Assembly (NCBI GenBank): GCA_946415045.1
Contig: CAMKRB010000003.1
Span: 1 to 36,231 of the forward strand
Source: an uncultured Myxococcales bacterium
GTDB lineage: Bacteria; Myxococcota_A; Bradymonadia; UBA4248
DNA: 36,231 nucleotides
Direction of reading: 5' to 3'
Shown here: positions 35,659 through 36,231 of the stretch, piece by piece
Numbering within the stretch: position 1 is the stretch's first letter
How the letters are laid out: the number at the start of each line of letters is the position of its first letter
Notes under the pieces: generated by a model
Told to the model about the DNA's origin: nothing
The model's database searches: none
Seen by the model: the letters and a program-made list of their open reading frames with translations, nothing else
Made by a program: the position numbers and the translations under genes

Positions 35659-35685
35659 AGCGGCGCGTTACGCGCCGCTTTTTTT
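35659..35685 (+). terminator. Intrinsic terminator closing the tail module
   Basis: AGCGGCGCG-TTA-CGCGCCGCT stem with a T7 tail. Confidence 0.9.
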
Positions 35686-35700
35686 ATGCCCGGAGGTTAT

Positions 35701-36231
35701 ATGAATATCGCCATCATAGGCACAGGACGCATGGGAACCGCACAGGCCAGACTCGCCCGCGTATTCGCCGACACCATTGTTTTTGCCGTCGATTCAAATC
35801 CCAATGCGCTCACTGACTTCTCCGCCGAATTCCAAACCCCTTGTTTTGCCTCAATCGACGCAGTACCACCGGAATTATGGACGCACCTCGACCTGCTGTG
35901 GCTTGTCGTTTGCGACGATCAAATCACATCGGCAGCGTCCGTCCTGACCTCCCGCATTCAGCCCAAAACTGTCGTATTTCACACAAGCGGCGCACTGTCC
36001 TCACAAATCCTTAAACCATCACTGCCAAATAATCCCTGCGCTTCCCTGCATCCGCTCATCGCCTGTCCCCTCAAATCCGTCACCGATGATGATTGCGTCA
36101 AAACCTATCAAAATATCATCCACACATTCGAAGGTGATGATCGCGCCATCGATTTGGCAAAACAAGTCGTTTCGCGCATCCACGGCCTGTTCACCCAAAT
36201 ACAAAGCGACAAAAAACAACTCTACCACGCC
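35701..36231 (+). CDS. Rossmann-like + DUF2520 oxidoreductase (PanG-like), truncated by the window end
   Basis: GGAGG RBS; manual translation MNIAIIGTGRMG...LVVCDDQI...VFHTSGALSS..L...ASLHPL...EGD...K.LYHA; frame is open to the edge. Confidence 0.85.
   Translation, partial: MNIAIIGTGRMGTAQARLARVFADTIVFAVDSNPNALTDFSAEFQTPCFASIDAVPPELWTHLDLLWLVVCDDQITSAASVLTSRIQPKTVVFHTSGALSSQILKPSLPNNPCASLHPLIACPLKSVTDDDCVKTYQNIIHTFEGDDRAIDLAKQVVSRIHGLFTQIQSDKKQLYHA

Overview
Bacterial chromosomal window, mostly + strand. A close Myxococcus-type MglA and the yajC-secD-secF-recJ block suggest a Myxococcota/deltaproteobacterial host; this is inference, not a taxonomic assignment. Bases 1-23.7 kb are largely housekeeping: hemW, mglA, RluA-family synthase, yajC/secD/secF, recJ, trmB, dacB-like, metG, GNAT, M49-like lipoprotein peptidase, an outer-membrane protein, miaA, an apparently inactive beta-lactamase-fold lipoprotein and proB. 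The intergenic spaces there are packed with several palindromic (REP/MITE-like) and heptamer repeat families. Bases 25.6-35.7 kb hold a partial phage-tail-like contractile injection system (eCIS-type). It comprises a tail assembly chaperone with a clear programmed -1 frameshift signal into an unlisted DUF6760-like ORF, one sheath, one tube, a 1664-aa Cys-free tape-measure/cargo candidate, a tube initiator and a baseplate hub, closed by a terminator. Spike, wedge, fibre, cap, ATPase and capsid genes are absent although both flanks are visible. A vWA-like/TM/Cys-cluster/FHA membrane protein precedes the module. No rRNA, tRNA, CRISPR array or transposase was seen. All family calls come from motif recognition by eye, not database searches.
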